In this document: positions 18,169 through 26,703 of the stretch, piece after piece
How positions within the stretch are numbered: the stretch's first letter is position 1
Layout of the letters: every line of letters starts with the position of its first letter
Source of the DNA: Candidatus Wolfebacteria bacterium
GTDB lineage: Bacteria > Patescibacteriota > Minisyncoccia > UBA6257 > UBA9933
Direction of reading: 5' to 3'
DNA length: 36,343 nt
Assembly: GCA_016933365.1 (NCBI GenBank)
Contig: JAFGBB010000032.1
Span: 1-36,343 of the forward strand
Position numbers and translations under genes: made by a program
The notes under the pieces: generated by a model
What the model was told of the DNA's origin: nothing
The model's database searches: none
What the model saw: only the letters and a program-made list of their open reading frames with translations

Positions 18169-18897
18169 ATGATTAAAATAAAAAATCTGACCTTTACAAA
18201 AGACGGAAAAAAAATAATAAATAATTTGAATTTGGAAATAAAAAAAAACAACGTTTCTGTAATTGTTGGTTCTAATGGGTCTGGTAAATCCACTTTGGCT
18301 TATCTTTTAATGGGTTTGCAAGGATATGAAGATTATCAAGGGGATATAATTTATCGCGGAAAATCTTTAAAAAAAATGTCGGTTTTTAAAAGAGCTTCTT
18401 TAGGTATTACTTTGGCCTGGCAAGAACCGGTGAGGTTTGAGGGTTTAACGGTAAAAAAATATTTAGAAAACTCAGGAAATAAAGTCAATCAAAAAGAAAT
18501 TGAAATTGCTTTAGAAAAAGTTGGTTTAAAACCTGAAAATTATTTGGAAAGATTTGTTGATTCTTCTTTAAGCGGAGGAGAAAGAAAAAAAATTGAATTA
18601 GCTTCTATTTATTTAATGAAACCCAAATTAGTAATTCTTGATGAACCTGATTCGGGAATAGACATTGATTCATTAAAATATATCAATAAAATAATTAAAG
18701 AATTTAAAAGCAATGGTTCTTCAGTGATTTTAATAACGCATAATTTGTCCGCCTTACGACAGGGCGATGTATTCTTTTTAATGTGTAAGGGAAATCTTTT
18801 AAAAATTAATTCCTTAAAAGAAATAAAATCCTATTTTAGAAAAAAATGCGTAAATTGTCAGCTTAAAAGCAATTTTGACATACAATTAAAAAAATGA
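18169..18897 (+). CDS. sufC: Fe-S cluster assembly ATPase SufC (SmsC-like)
   Basis: GSNGSGKSTL, GITLAWQEP, LSGGERKKIELASIY, ILDEPDSGIDIDSL. The DSGLDIDAL-type D-loop is characteristic of SufC. Confidence 0.8.
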   Translation: MIKIKNLTFTKDGKKIINNLNLEIKKNNVSVIVGSNGSGKSTLAYLLMGLQGYEDYQGDIIYRGKSLKKMSVFKRASLGITLAWQEPVRFEGLTVKKYLENSGNKVNQKEIEIALEKVGLKPENYLERFVDSSLSGGERKKIELASIYLMKPKLVILDEPDSGIDIDSLKYINKIIKEFKSNGSSVILITHNLSALRQGDVFFLMCKGNLLKINSLKEIKSYFRKKCVNCQLKSNFDIQLKK

Positions 18898-19823
18898 ACG
18901 ATGAAAAAAGAATTTTAAAACTTGCGGAAATTAATAAGCAAGACGGTTCCGCTAAAATAGTTATTTCCGGCAATGATATTTTAAGCGAAGAATCGGATGA
19001 CGGAATAATTTTAAAAACTTTTAAAAAAAACGGCTCTGTTTTTGTTAATTTGGAAATTCCTCAAGGCGTTAAGTTTAGCAAACCAATTCATATTTGTTTG
19101 GGCGCTTTATACGGTAAAATAAAGCAAAGAATTAATTTTACGGTGGTTTTTAATAAATATTCCAAGGCAAGTATTTTTTCTCATTGCTTGCTTGTTTCGG
19201 AAAACGAAATTACTCATAATTCAAATTATAAAATTAAATTGGAACAAGGAGCTGAATGTTTTTATTTTGAAAAACATATTCATAATAATTCCGGAAATTT
19301 AACTTTTAATCCTTCAATTAAGGTTGAAGTTGGAAAAGACGCTTTGTTTAAATCTTATTTTGAATTATTAAAAGGAAGAGCCGGCAATAGTCATCTTAAT
19401 TATGATTTATTATGCGCTGAAAGAGGCGTTGTTAAAATGGAGAGCAGATTTAAAACTTCTGGAGAAGACTTTATTTCTTTAACTGAAAGCGTTGCGTTAA
19501 AAGGTAAAAATTCCAGGGCGTTGCTTAAATCAAGAGTGGCGGCTAAAGAGAAATCAAGTATTGAAATATATAATAATGTTAAGGCTATTGGAGATTATTC
19601 AAAAGGACACATTGATTGTCAGGAAATTTTATTAAATAAAGGACGAGTTAAAGCTTATCCTTGCATAGAGGTTTTGAATCCTAAATCAAAAATTACCCAT
19701 GAAGCCAGTTTAGGGGGGATTGATAATAAAAAAATGGAAACATTGATGGCTAGAGGAAACTCTTCAAAAAAAGCCGAAGAAATTATTTTAGAAGGATTAT
19801 TGTCGGAATATCGTCCGAATTAA
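18894..19823 (+). CDS. SufB/SufD-family Fe-S assembly scaffold, short form (SmsB-like)
   Basis: 309 aa. C-terminal ITHEASLGGIDNKKMETLMARGNSSKKAEEIILEGLL matches the SufBD conserved C-terminus. 4-nt overlap with sufC. Confidence 0.68.
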   Translation: MNDEKRILKLAEINKQDGSAKIVISGNDILSEESDDGIILKTFKKNGSVFVNLEIPQGVKFSKPIHICLGALYGKIKQRINFTVVFNKYSKASIFSHCLLVSENEITHNSNYKIKLEQGAECFYFEKHIHNNSGNLTFNPSIKVEVGKDALFKSYFELLKGRAGNSHLNYDLLCAERGVVKMESRFKTSGEDFISLTESVALKGKNSRALLKSRVAAKEKSSIEIYNNVKAIGDYSKGHIDCQEILLNKGRVKAYPCIEVLNPKSKITHEASLGGIDNKKMETLMARGNSSKKAEEIILEGLLSEYRPN

Positions 19824-19850
19824 ATTTTTAATTATTTATTTTTTAAAATA

Positions 19851-20405
19851 ATGAAGACCTTTATTATTCCTGGATTTTTTACGGGAAAAAAATTTTACAA
19901 TAAATTAATTAATAATTTTGAAAAAAAAGGATTAACAATAGAATGTATTGATTTGGGTTTAAATTTCAAAAGTCTTAAAAACGCGGCAGAAAAAACCGCT
20001 TGTCGTTTAAAAAAATTTAATGGTGATTTTAATGTAATTGCTTACAGTTTTGGAGGTCTTATTTTTAAAGAGGTTATTTTTAAAAATCCGGACATTTTTC
20101 AACGAGTAAAAAGTTTAAATTTTGTCGCAGTGCCTCATTATGGCACATGGGGAGCGGTGATAATACCTTTTTTCCCGGCGACTTTGGATATGTTGCCAAT
20201 AAGAAAACATATTAATCAATTATTAAAAATTCCTTTACCTGAAAAAACCGTTAATTTTATTTCTCAAAACGATATTGTAATTTTGCCGAAAAAGTTTTCT
20301 TTATTGAAAGATTGCGTCAATATTACAATACCGAACGTAAATCACAAAAGTATTATAAGAAGCGCGGAATTATTTTCTCAAATTGAAAAAAATTTAACTT
20401 TGTAA
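19851..20405 (+). CDS. Alpha/beta-hydrolase-fold esterase/lipase-like protein
   Basis: 184 aa. The nucleophile elbow VIAYSFGG is GxSxG-like and there is a late His (NVNHKS). Family assignment is tentative. Confidence 0.45.
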   Translation: MKTFIIPGFFTGKKFYNKLINNFEKKGLTIECIDLGLNFKSLKNAAEKTACRLKKFNGDFNVIAYSFGGLIFKEVIFKNPDIFQRVKSLNFVAVPHYGTWGAVIIPFFPATLDMLPIRKHINQLLKIPLPEKTVNFISQNDIVILPKKFSLLKDCVNITIPNVNHKSIIRSAELFSQIEKNLTL

Positions 20406-20419
20406 TTTATAAAGTTTAT

Positions 20420-21058
20420 TTAATTTTTATTTTTAAGTAATTTGGGGTTGTCTTGAATAAATAATTTTATTAATCTGGAAAAATAAAAAGGTTTAACGCC
20501 TTTTATATACGCGTATCCGGCAAAAGAAGATAAGCCGGCGCCGGCGCAATTAGTTATTAAATCCCATATAGTGTCGCGCAAGCCGGATTTTTGCATATTA
20601 AGCCCAAAGGTTTGGTCCATAAAATATTCAAATAATTCCCATAAAACTCCTATTGTTACGGAAAAACAAAACGAAAAAACAGCGATTAAAAAGGGACTGC
20701 TTTTTATTTTATTTGTTTGAAAAAGAAGAAAAAGAATAATAAATCCAATAAGAGCAAAAGCAATAGCGTAAATAAAGTGAAGCAAAACATCCCACCACCA
20801 AAAGCGAATATAAAAACTTCTTATTTCTCCTAAATAAAGACTTGCGTATATTAAAATTATACCGGCAAACTCAAGGTCAAGAGGAATATATATATTGTAT
20901 TTTTTTTTAAACCACGAAGGCAAAAAAGTGAGAAGTAAATTTAAAGAAGCAATGGCTAAGTTAGACCAATTGCCGTAAAAAATAGAAGTAATAATGGCGA
21001 TTGCCAAAGTTATTCTTAGAAAGTTTATTATGATTGCGAATTTTTTCTTTAATTCCAT
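20420..21058 (-). CDS. Polytopic membrane protein (possibly YjdF/DUF2238-like)
   Basis: 212 aa with about 6 hydrophobic helices and a conserved-looking WWWDVLLHF segment. The only clear minus-strand gene in the window. Confidence 0.5.
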   Translation of the reverse strand: MELKKKFAIIINFLRITLAIAIITSIFYGNWSNLAIASLNLLLTFLPSWFKKKYNIYIPLDLEFAGIILIYASLYLGEIRSFYIRFWWWDVLLHFIYAIAFALIGFIILFLLFQTNKIKSSPFLIAVFSFCFSVTIGVLWELFEYFMDQTFGLNMQKSGLRDTIWDLITNCAGAGLSSFAGYAYIKGVKPFYFSRLIKLFIQDNPKLLKNKN

Positions 21059-21168
21059 ATTTTGTTTATTATACTGGAAACAATAAATTTAATTAATAGC
21101 TTTTATAAATAATCTTTTTAAATTATAATAAACTAAAGGTCTAAAATTATATTAAAATAAATAAAAAT

Positions 21169-21339
21169 ATGAAAAATCATGGCGGAGGGTCGGCTGTTTA
21201 CGGTTTAGGAATTATTGGCGCGGCTGTTTATTTTATTGGTAATGCCGCAACTTTTTGGCTTGGAGTAATTGGATTTTTAAAGGCTTTAGTTTGGCCCGCG
21301 TTTCTTATTTATTACGCGTTTGAATTTTTACTTAAATAA
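21169..21339 (+). CDS. Small (56 aa) two-helix membrane protein, absent from the ORF track
   Basis: ATG at 21169. MKNHGGGSAVYGLGIIGAAVYFIGNAATFWLGVIGFLKALVWPAFLIYYAFEFLLK, stop at 21337-21339. Gly-rich TM helices and an A-rich upstream region. Confidence 0.4.
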   Translation: MKNHGGGSAVYGLGIIGAAVYFIGNAATFWLGVIGFLKALVWPAFLIYYAFEFLLK

Positions 21340-21381
21340 AATTATTTAAAAGCGATTTTATTTATTGTTGGATGTTTACTC

Positions 21382-21410
21382 TTGACAAGAAAGGGTTATG
21401 GGTATATACT
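21382..21410 (+). promoter_or_regulatory. Sigma70-type promoter
   Basis: TTGACA (21382-21387), 17-nt spacer, TATACT (21405-21410). It shares the 14-mer tttactcttgacaa with the promoter at 15367-15380. Confidence 0.55.
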
Positions 21411-21414
21411 CATA

Positions 21415-21457
21415 ACAATCGTTGATTAACGATTGTAATGGTTATGTCGAGCCATTA
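21415..21457 (+). promoter_or_regulatory. Two tandem inverted repeats in the leader (operator or structured 5' UTR)
   Basis: Perfect IR ACAATCGTT-gatt-AACGATTGT (21415-21436), immediately followed by the hairpin taatggtt-(6 nt)-aagccatta (21436-21457). Both lie between the -10 and the ATG at 21479. Confidence 0.45.
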
Positions 21458-21478
21458 AATTAAATAAATTATAAAAAT

Positions 21479-21745
21479 ATGCCAAGACATGATGGAACAG
21501 GCCCTTTAGGTTATGGTCCTGGAACTGGTAGAGGATTAGGTCCTTGTGGTGGCGGAAGAGCTAGAGGAAGAGGATTTGGTCGCGGTTTAGGTTTTGGTTT
21601 AAGAAGAAACGGGAATTTTAATTCCGTTCCTAATTTAACCAAAGAAGAAGAAGCTCAAGCTCTTTCTCAAGAAGCTTCTTTACTGGAAGAAGACCTTAAA
21701 GCAATTAACGACCGTTTAACCGAACTTAAAAAAGAGGAAAACTAA
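21479..21745 (+). CDS. DUF5320-family protein (Gly/Arg-rich N-terminus, coiled-coil C-terminus)
   Basis: MPRHDGTGPLGYGPGTGRGLGPCGGG is the characteristic DUF5320 opening. The C-terminus is the helix EEDLKAINDRLTELKKEE. Confidence 0.7.
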   Translation: MPRHDGTGPLGYGPGTGRGLGPCGGGRARGRGFGRGLGFGLRRNGNFNSVPNLTKEEEAQALSQEASLLEEDLKAINDRLTELKKEEN

Positions 21746-21758
21746 AAACCTAAAATAA

Positions 21759-21848
21759 AACCGGTGATAAATATTGCGTTTACTTAATGCCTTATTTTTT
21801 GTTATTATTAATATTAATTAGCGAATAAATCAATAATTATCACCGGTT
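21759..21848. repeat. 12-bp perfect inverted repeat pair separated by 66 nt
   Basis: AACCGGTGATAA (21759-21770) and TTATCACCGGTT (21837-21848) bracket the whole DUF5320-ferredoxin intergenic region. Confidence 0.6.
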
Positions 21849-21892
21849 GGGTAAAAAATATAAAATTAATTTGAATTTTAATCAATAAAAAT

Positions 21893-22087
21893 ATGAAAAA
21901 ATATGAAGTTGATAAATCAATATGCGCCGGTTGCGGAGCTTGTATAAACGCTTGTCCTTATGGCGCTATTAAAATTGGAAAAGATGGTAAGGCGGTTATA
22001 GATATGAATAAATGTCAACAATGCGGGGCTTGCGTAAAAATATGCCCTTTTAATAGCATTAAAGAGGTTGACGATGAAATAAATTAA
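21893..22087 (+). CDS. 2x[4Fe-4S] ferredoxin
   Basis: CAGCGACINACP and CQQCGACVKICP motifs, 64 aa. Confidence 0.8.
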   Translation: MKKYEVDKSICAGCGACINACPYGAIKIGKDGKAVIDMNKCQQCGACVKICPFNSIKEVDDEIN

Positions 22088-22089
22088 TA

Positions 22090-23202
22090 TTGATAAGCAA
22101 ACAGAAGTTTGTTGAAATTAGTTTTTGTTATATAAGACAGACTCTTAATAATGTGAAAGAAAAAGTCGCGATTACTTCAATATTTGTTAATTTTTTCTTA
22201 GCGGCCGGAAAATTGGCCGTGGGTTTTGTAAGTGGTTCTAGCGCTATTTTTGCCGAAGGTCTTCATTCAGGAACGGATATTTTATCTTCAGCCATAAGTT
22301 TTGTTGGTATTAAAATAGCTAAAAAACCCGAAGATGAAAAACATCCTTACGGTTATTACAAATTTGAAGTTTTAGCCGGAGTTTTAATTACCTTAATTTT
22401 ATTTTTAAGCGGATTATTTATTGTGGGTGAAGCAATAAGAGAATTAATTAATCCTTCGCCGACTGATATTGGTTATTTGGCTTTGGGCGTAATGTTAATT
22501 TCAGCTATTGTTAATGAAATAATGGCTAGACTTAAAATTTATTATGGTAAAAAAGAAAATTCAGTTTCTTTGCTTTCAGACGGATTTCATTCTCGGATAG
22601 ATGTTTATATTTCTTTAGGAATTTTAGGAGGATTATTTTTAACGGGATATTGGATTTACGCGGACGCTGTTTTAGCCCTGTTTATCGGTTTATATATTGT
22701 TAAAGAATCTTTTTCCTTAGGAAAAGAAGCAATGGATTCTTTGCTTGATGTTTCAGCTGGAAAAGAAATTGAAGAAAAAATAAAAGAAATTGCTAAAAAA
22801 CAAAATATTGAAGTTTTGTCGTTAAAAACTCAAAAAAAGGGTTTGGCAATAACCGCCAATTTTGGAATAAAGCTTTCAAGCGGTTTAAGCGTTGAAGAAG
22901 CTGTTAAAATCTCAAATAACTTAAGAGATGTTTTAATAAACGAAATAGATGTTTTGCAATATGTTGCCATTGAAATTATTAGTCATGAAACTCAAACAGG
23001 ATTTTATAAGCCTGTTTTAGGTAGAGGATTTGGCTGGCAAAAAAAGGGAAAATTTAAGGAAGAGGTTGAAGAAGCTAAAGGAATTGGTCCTGATGGTTAT
23101 TGTGTTTGTCCAAAATGCGGATATAAAATTCTTCATAAAAGCGGGGTTCCTTGTTCAACTCTTGAATGTCCTGATTGCAAAAATAAATTAATTAGAGAAT
23201 AA
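22090..23202 (+). CDS. Cation diffusion facilitator (CDF) metal efflux transporter with an extra C-terminal Cys4 zinc-ribbon
   Basis: HSGTDILSS...EDEKHPYGYYKFEVLAG is the CDF signature, with six TM helices and a cytoplasmic domain, then GPDGYCVCPKCGYK...CSTLECPDCKNK. The start is TTG 22090 or GTG 22153. Confidence 0.78.
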   Translation: MISKQKFVEISFCYIRQTLNNVKEKVAITSIFVNFFLAAGKLAVGFVSGSSAIFAEGLHSGTDILSSAISFVGIKIAKKPEDEKHPYGYYKFEVLAGVLITLILFLSGLFIVGEAIRELINPSPTDIGYLALGVMLISAIVNEIMARLKIYYGKKENSVSLLSDGFHSRIDVYISLGILGGLFLTGYWIYADAVLALFIGLYIVKESFSLGKEAMDSLLDVSAGKEIEEKIKEIAKKQNIEVLSLKTQKKGLAITANFGIKLSSGLSVEEAVKISNNLRDVLINEIDVLQYVAIEIISHETQTGFYKPVLGRGFGWQKKGKFKEEVEEAKGIGPDGYCVCPKCGYKILHKSGVPCSTLECPDCKNKLIRE

Positions 23203-23204
23203 TT

Positions 23205-23483
23205 ATGGCAAGACCTATAAAGCCAAGAAAAATAATGTTTGACCCGGACGCGGTTTATTTTAAGCCAAGAGCAATACCTCTTTCGGTTTTAAAAGAAGTT
23301 AATTTAAGCATAGACGAATTAGAAACTTTACGACTTTGCGATTTGGAAGATTTTAAACAAGAAGAGGCGTCAAAAAAAATGAAAATTTCTCAAAGCACTC
23401 TTCAAAGAATTTTAACTTCCGCTCGCAAAAAAGTTGCTGAAGCGTTGGTAAATGGCAAGGCCATAAAAATTACAAAAGAATAA
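23205..23483 (+). CDS. DUF134 (UPF0251) HTH protein, putative transcription regulator
   Basis: MARPIKPRK...YFKPRAIP...LSIDELETLRLCDLEDFKQEEASKKMKISQSTLQRILTSARKKVAEALVNGKAI is the typical DUF134 sigma-region-4-like HTH. Confidence 0.72.
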   Translation: MARPIKPRKIMFDPDAVYFKPRAIPLSVLKEVNLSIDELETLRLCDLEDFKQEEASKKMKISQSTLQRILTSARKKVAEALVNGKAIKITKE

Positions 23484-23497
23484 TAATTATTAATAAA

Positions 23498-24442
23498 ATG
23501 GACGAACAAAATAAAGAAATTTTAAAAATAGAACGAAAAAAGAATAAAAGCTTTTTTTGGAGTTTAGTTTCAACAATAATTGTTTTTTTAATTTTAGGAG
23601 GAGTATTTACTTATGGATTTTTGGAAATTCTTTCTTTAAAAAAAGACCTTAATTATACAAAAGATATTTTATCGCAGAATTCGGATAGTTTTTCTAAAAA
23701 TATCACAAGCTTATTTTCGCGAGCCGATGGTCTTTCCGATTCTCTTTTAAATACCCAACAAAACATTGATAATGTAAAAACGCAAATTGGCAATATTGAA
23801 GGAAATATTGGTTCAATCTCCGGCGCCGTAGGCACGCTTGAAAAACTTGCCAAAATAGACCCGGAATTGCTGAAAAAATATTCCAAAGTTTATTTTTTAA
23901 ACGAAAATTATACTCCGACTCATTTAATTGATATACCGGAATATTATTTATATTGGTCTTCGCGGCCGGAAATGTTTTTAACGGAAGCTTGGCCATTTTT
24001 AAAGAGTTTACTTGATTCAGCCAAAGCGAGCGGAGTTGAAATTTATGTTGCGTCCGCTTATCGTTCTTTTGCCGAACAACAATCGCTTAAATCTTATTAT
24101 ACGGTTGTTTATGGGCCTGATACTGCTAATTCTTTTTCCGCTGACCAGGGTTATTCAGAACATCAACTTGGAATAACTGTTGATTTTTTGACTACGGGAA
24201 TTGAAGGCAAACTTGATGAAAGATTTGATAAAACAGACGCTTTTAAATGGCTTGCTTCCAATGCTTATCGTTTTGGATTTTCTCTTTCTTATCCGGAAAA
24301 TAATAGTCATTATGTTTATGAACCATGGCATTGGCGTTTTGTAGGGGTAAAACTTGCCGCTTATCTTCATGATAATAATTTAAATTTTTATGATATGGAC
24401 CAGAGAGATATTGATAATTACCTTGTTTATATTTTTGATTAA
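23498..24442 (+). CDS. Membrane-anchored D-alanyl-D-alanine carboxypeptidase (peptidase M15B, VanY-like)
   Basis: SAYRSFAEQQ, SEHQLGITVD and EPWHWRF motifs. N-terminal TM segment. Confidence 0.8.
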   Translation: MDEQNKEILKIERKKNKSFFWSLVSTIIVFLILGGVFTYGFLEILSLKKDLNYTKDILSQNSDSFSKNITSLFSRADGLSDSLLNTQQNIDNVKTQIGNIEGNIGSISGAVGTLEKLAKIDPELLKKYSKVYFLNENYTPTHLIDIPEYYLYWSSRPEMFLTEAWPFLKSLLDSAKASGVEIYVASAYRSFAEQQSLKSYYTVVYGPDTANSFSADQGYSEHQLGITVDFLTTGIEGKLDERFDKTDAFKWLASNAYRFGFSLSYPENNSHYVYEPWHWRFVGVKLAAYLHDNNLNFYDMDQRDIDNYLVYIFD

Positions 24443-24490
24443 AATTAAAATCCGTGGTCGGCGGATAATATTTATTAACGTTTAAAAATT

Positions 24491-25435
24491 ATGAAGAAAA
24501 AAATTATTATCGCGGTTTTAGTAGTTATTATTTTGGGCGTTGGAGGTTATTTTCTTTTCCAGTTTTTGTCGGATAAAAATAACGCTTCTGAAAAAGAGAA
24601 TTTAAAAACAGAAGAAATTTTATCGCAAGAAAATGAACAGAACGAAGAATTAACAGAAGAAGAAAAAGAAAATCAAGAACCGGAAAAAAATAAAGAAAAA
24701 TCAATTATTGGAAAATCAGTGGAGGGTCGCGATATTTTCGCTTATCATTATGGTTCCGGAGATACGGAAATTTTATTCATAGGCGGGATACACGGCGGTT
24801 ATTCTTGGAATACTTCGCTTGTCGCTTATGAGGCAATAGATTATTTTAAAGTAAATTCAAATATCATTCCCGCAAATTTAAAAATTACAATTATTCCGGT
24901 TTTAAATCCGGATGGTCTTTATAAAGTCGTTGGCACAACTGAAAAATTTAGTTCGGTAAATGTCGCGTCATCTCAAGTTGTTCAGGTGTCTGGTCGTTTT
25001 AACGCCAATGAAGTTGATTTAAACCGAAACTTTGATTGTGATTGGCAATCAAGCGCTAAATGGCAAGACAAAATCGTAAGCGGAGGGGATTCTGTTTTTT
25101 CCGAACCGGAAAGTCTTGCTGTTAAAAATTATATTGAAACACAAAAACCAAAAGCGGTGATTGTTTGGTATAGCGCCGCGGGTGGAGTATTTTCGTCAAG
25201 TTGTCATAATGGCGTTTTGCCGGAAACAGAAATAATCACTCAAAAATTTGCGGATGCTTCAGGTTATCCCGCTTATAAAAGTTTTGATTTCTATGCCACT
25301 ACCGGAGATATGGTGAATTGGCTTGCTAAAATAAATATTCCGGCAATAAGCGTGCTTCTTAGCAATCATACCGATATTGAATGGGAAAAAAATAAAGCGG
25401 GAATTGAAGCCTTGTTAGAATATTATACTGAATAA
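24491..25435 (+). CDS. Membrane-anchored M14-like zinc carboxypeptidase domain protein, paralog A
   Basis: GKSVEGRDI, GGIHGGYSWN, VDLNRNFDC and FSEPES (M14 DxNRNF-type motif). N-terminal TM. Tandem paralog of the next gene. Confidence 0.55.
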   Translation: MKKKIIIAVLVVIILGVGGYFLFQFLSDKNNASEKENLKTEEILSQENEQNEELTEEEKENQEPEKNKEKSIIGKSVEGRDIFAYHYGSGDTEILFIGGIHGGYSWNTSLVAYEAIDYFKVNSNIIPANLKITIIPVLNPDGLYKVVGTTEKFSSVNVASSQVVQVSGRFNANEVDLNRNFDCDWQSSAKWQDKIVSGGDSVFSEPESLAVKNYIETQKPKAVIVWYSAAGGVFSSSCHNGVLPETEIITQKFADASGYPAYKSFDFYATTGDMVNWLAKINIPAISVLLSNHTDIEWEKNKAGIEALLEYYTE

Positions 25436-25441
25436 TTTGTA

Positions 25442-26326
25442 ATGGTTGATTTAATTAAACGAAATAAAAAGCTCTTTGTTATTTTTATCATCGCGATTAT
25501 CGCGGCGGGATTTTGTTTCTTTTTATGGCGGATAAATTTATCAGAACCGGAATTGAAAGAAGAATTGGCGGAAGTTGAAAATTATTTTCCTAAACATAAA
25601 ATAATAGGACAATCAGTTGAAGGTCGTGAAATAGAAGCGTTTATTTTTGGACAGGGTGAAAAATTTTTACTTTTTGTTGGTGGCATACACGGTGGCTATG
25701 AATGGAATAGTTCTCTTTTAGCTTATGAATTTATTGATTATTTTAATATAAATTCTGAAATTATTCCTGAAAATGTTTCTGTGGCTATAATTCCTTGCGC
25801 CAATCCTGACGGACTTTATAAAGCGACCGGTAAAGAAGGGCGTTTTATTTTAACAGATATTCCAAGCGGAGTTTCTTTGGATAATTATCGTTTTAACGCC
25901 AATAATGTTGATTTAAACCGAAACTTTGATTGTAAATGGAAGCCTGAGAGTACTTGGAGAAATAAAATTGTTAGCGCCGGAACAGCGCCTTTTTCCGAGC
26001 CTGAAGCTTTAGTTATCAGGGATTTTGTTTTAGAAAATAATCCGCTTGCTGTTGTTTTTTGGCATAGTCAGGCAAATGCTGTTTATGCTTCAGAATGTGA
26101 AAATGGCGTTTTGCCGGAAACACTTAAGATTATGAGAAAATATTCTTTAGCTTCCGGATATCCGGCAATTGCTTCTTTTGACGCTTATGAAGTTACCGGA
26201 GATGCCGAGGGTTGGCTTGCTTCAATCGGTATTCCGGCTCTTACTGTTGAACTTAAAACCCATGAAGACATTGAATGGGGAAAAAATTTAGCAGGCGTAA
26301 AAGCGTTGTTGGAATATTATAAATAA
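25442..26326 (+). CDS. Membrane-anchored M14-like zinc carboxypeptidase domain protein, paralog B
   Basis: GQSVEGREI, GGIHGGYEWN, VDLNRNFDC and FSEPEA. Collinear with paralog A. Confidence 0.55.
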   Translation: MVDLIKRNKKLFVIFIIAIIAAGFCFFLWRINLSEPELKEELAEVENYFPKHKIIGQSVEGREIEAFIFGQGEKFLLFVGGIHGGYEWNSSLLAYEFIDYFNINSEIIPENVSVAIIPCANPDGLYKATGKEGRFILTDIPSGVSLDNYRFNANNVDLNRNFDCKWKPESTWRNKIVSAGTAPFSEPEALVIRDFVLENNPLAVVFWHSQANAVYASECENGVLPETLKIMRKYSLASGYPAIASFDAYEVTGDAEGWLASIGIPALTVELKTHEDIEWGKNLAGVKALLEYYK

Positions 26327-26375
26327 AAGTATAAAATAAAAATAAAGTCGTTATGTTTAATAAATCAATAAAATT

Positions 26376-26684
26376 ATGAAAAAATTTTTACATTGGTTTC
26401 CTCGTGTTTTTTCAATTCTTTTTATTTTGTTTATGAGTATGTTTGCTTTGGATGTTTTTGGACAACCGCAATGGTTTTTAGCGCTTATAATGCATTTAAT
26501 TCCCAGTTTTATTTTAATTATTTTAACTGTTATCGCTTGGAAAAAAGAAAAAATTGGCGGGTGGCTTTTTACGATTGCGGGATTGTTTGCGATAGTTTTT
26601 TTTGGATTGGAATCATTTATTGTTTATATTCCGATTTTAATTATAGCCGCGGCTTTATTGTATAAAAGCTATTTTTTAAAATAA
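26376..26684 (+). CDS. Small polytopic membrane protein
   Basis: 102 aa with three hydrophobic helices. Confidence 0.5.
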   Translation: MKKFLHWFPRVFSILFILFMSMFALDVFGQPQWFLALIMHLIPSFILIILTVIAWKKEKIGGWLFTIAGLFAIVFFGLESFIVYIPILIIAAALLYKSYFLK

Positions 26685-26703
26685 AAATAATAAAGGGGTT
26701 GTT

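Noticed and set aside
26393-26665. 90-aa same-strand ORF overlapping the membrane protein gene at 26376-26684.
   Set aside because: It is an out-of-frame reading of a hydrophobic gene. The 26376 frame gives clean TM helices and a better start context.
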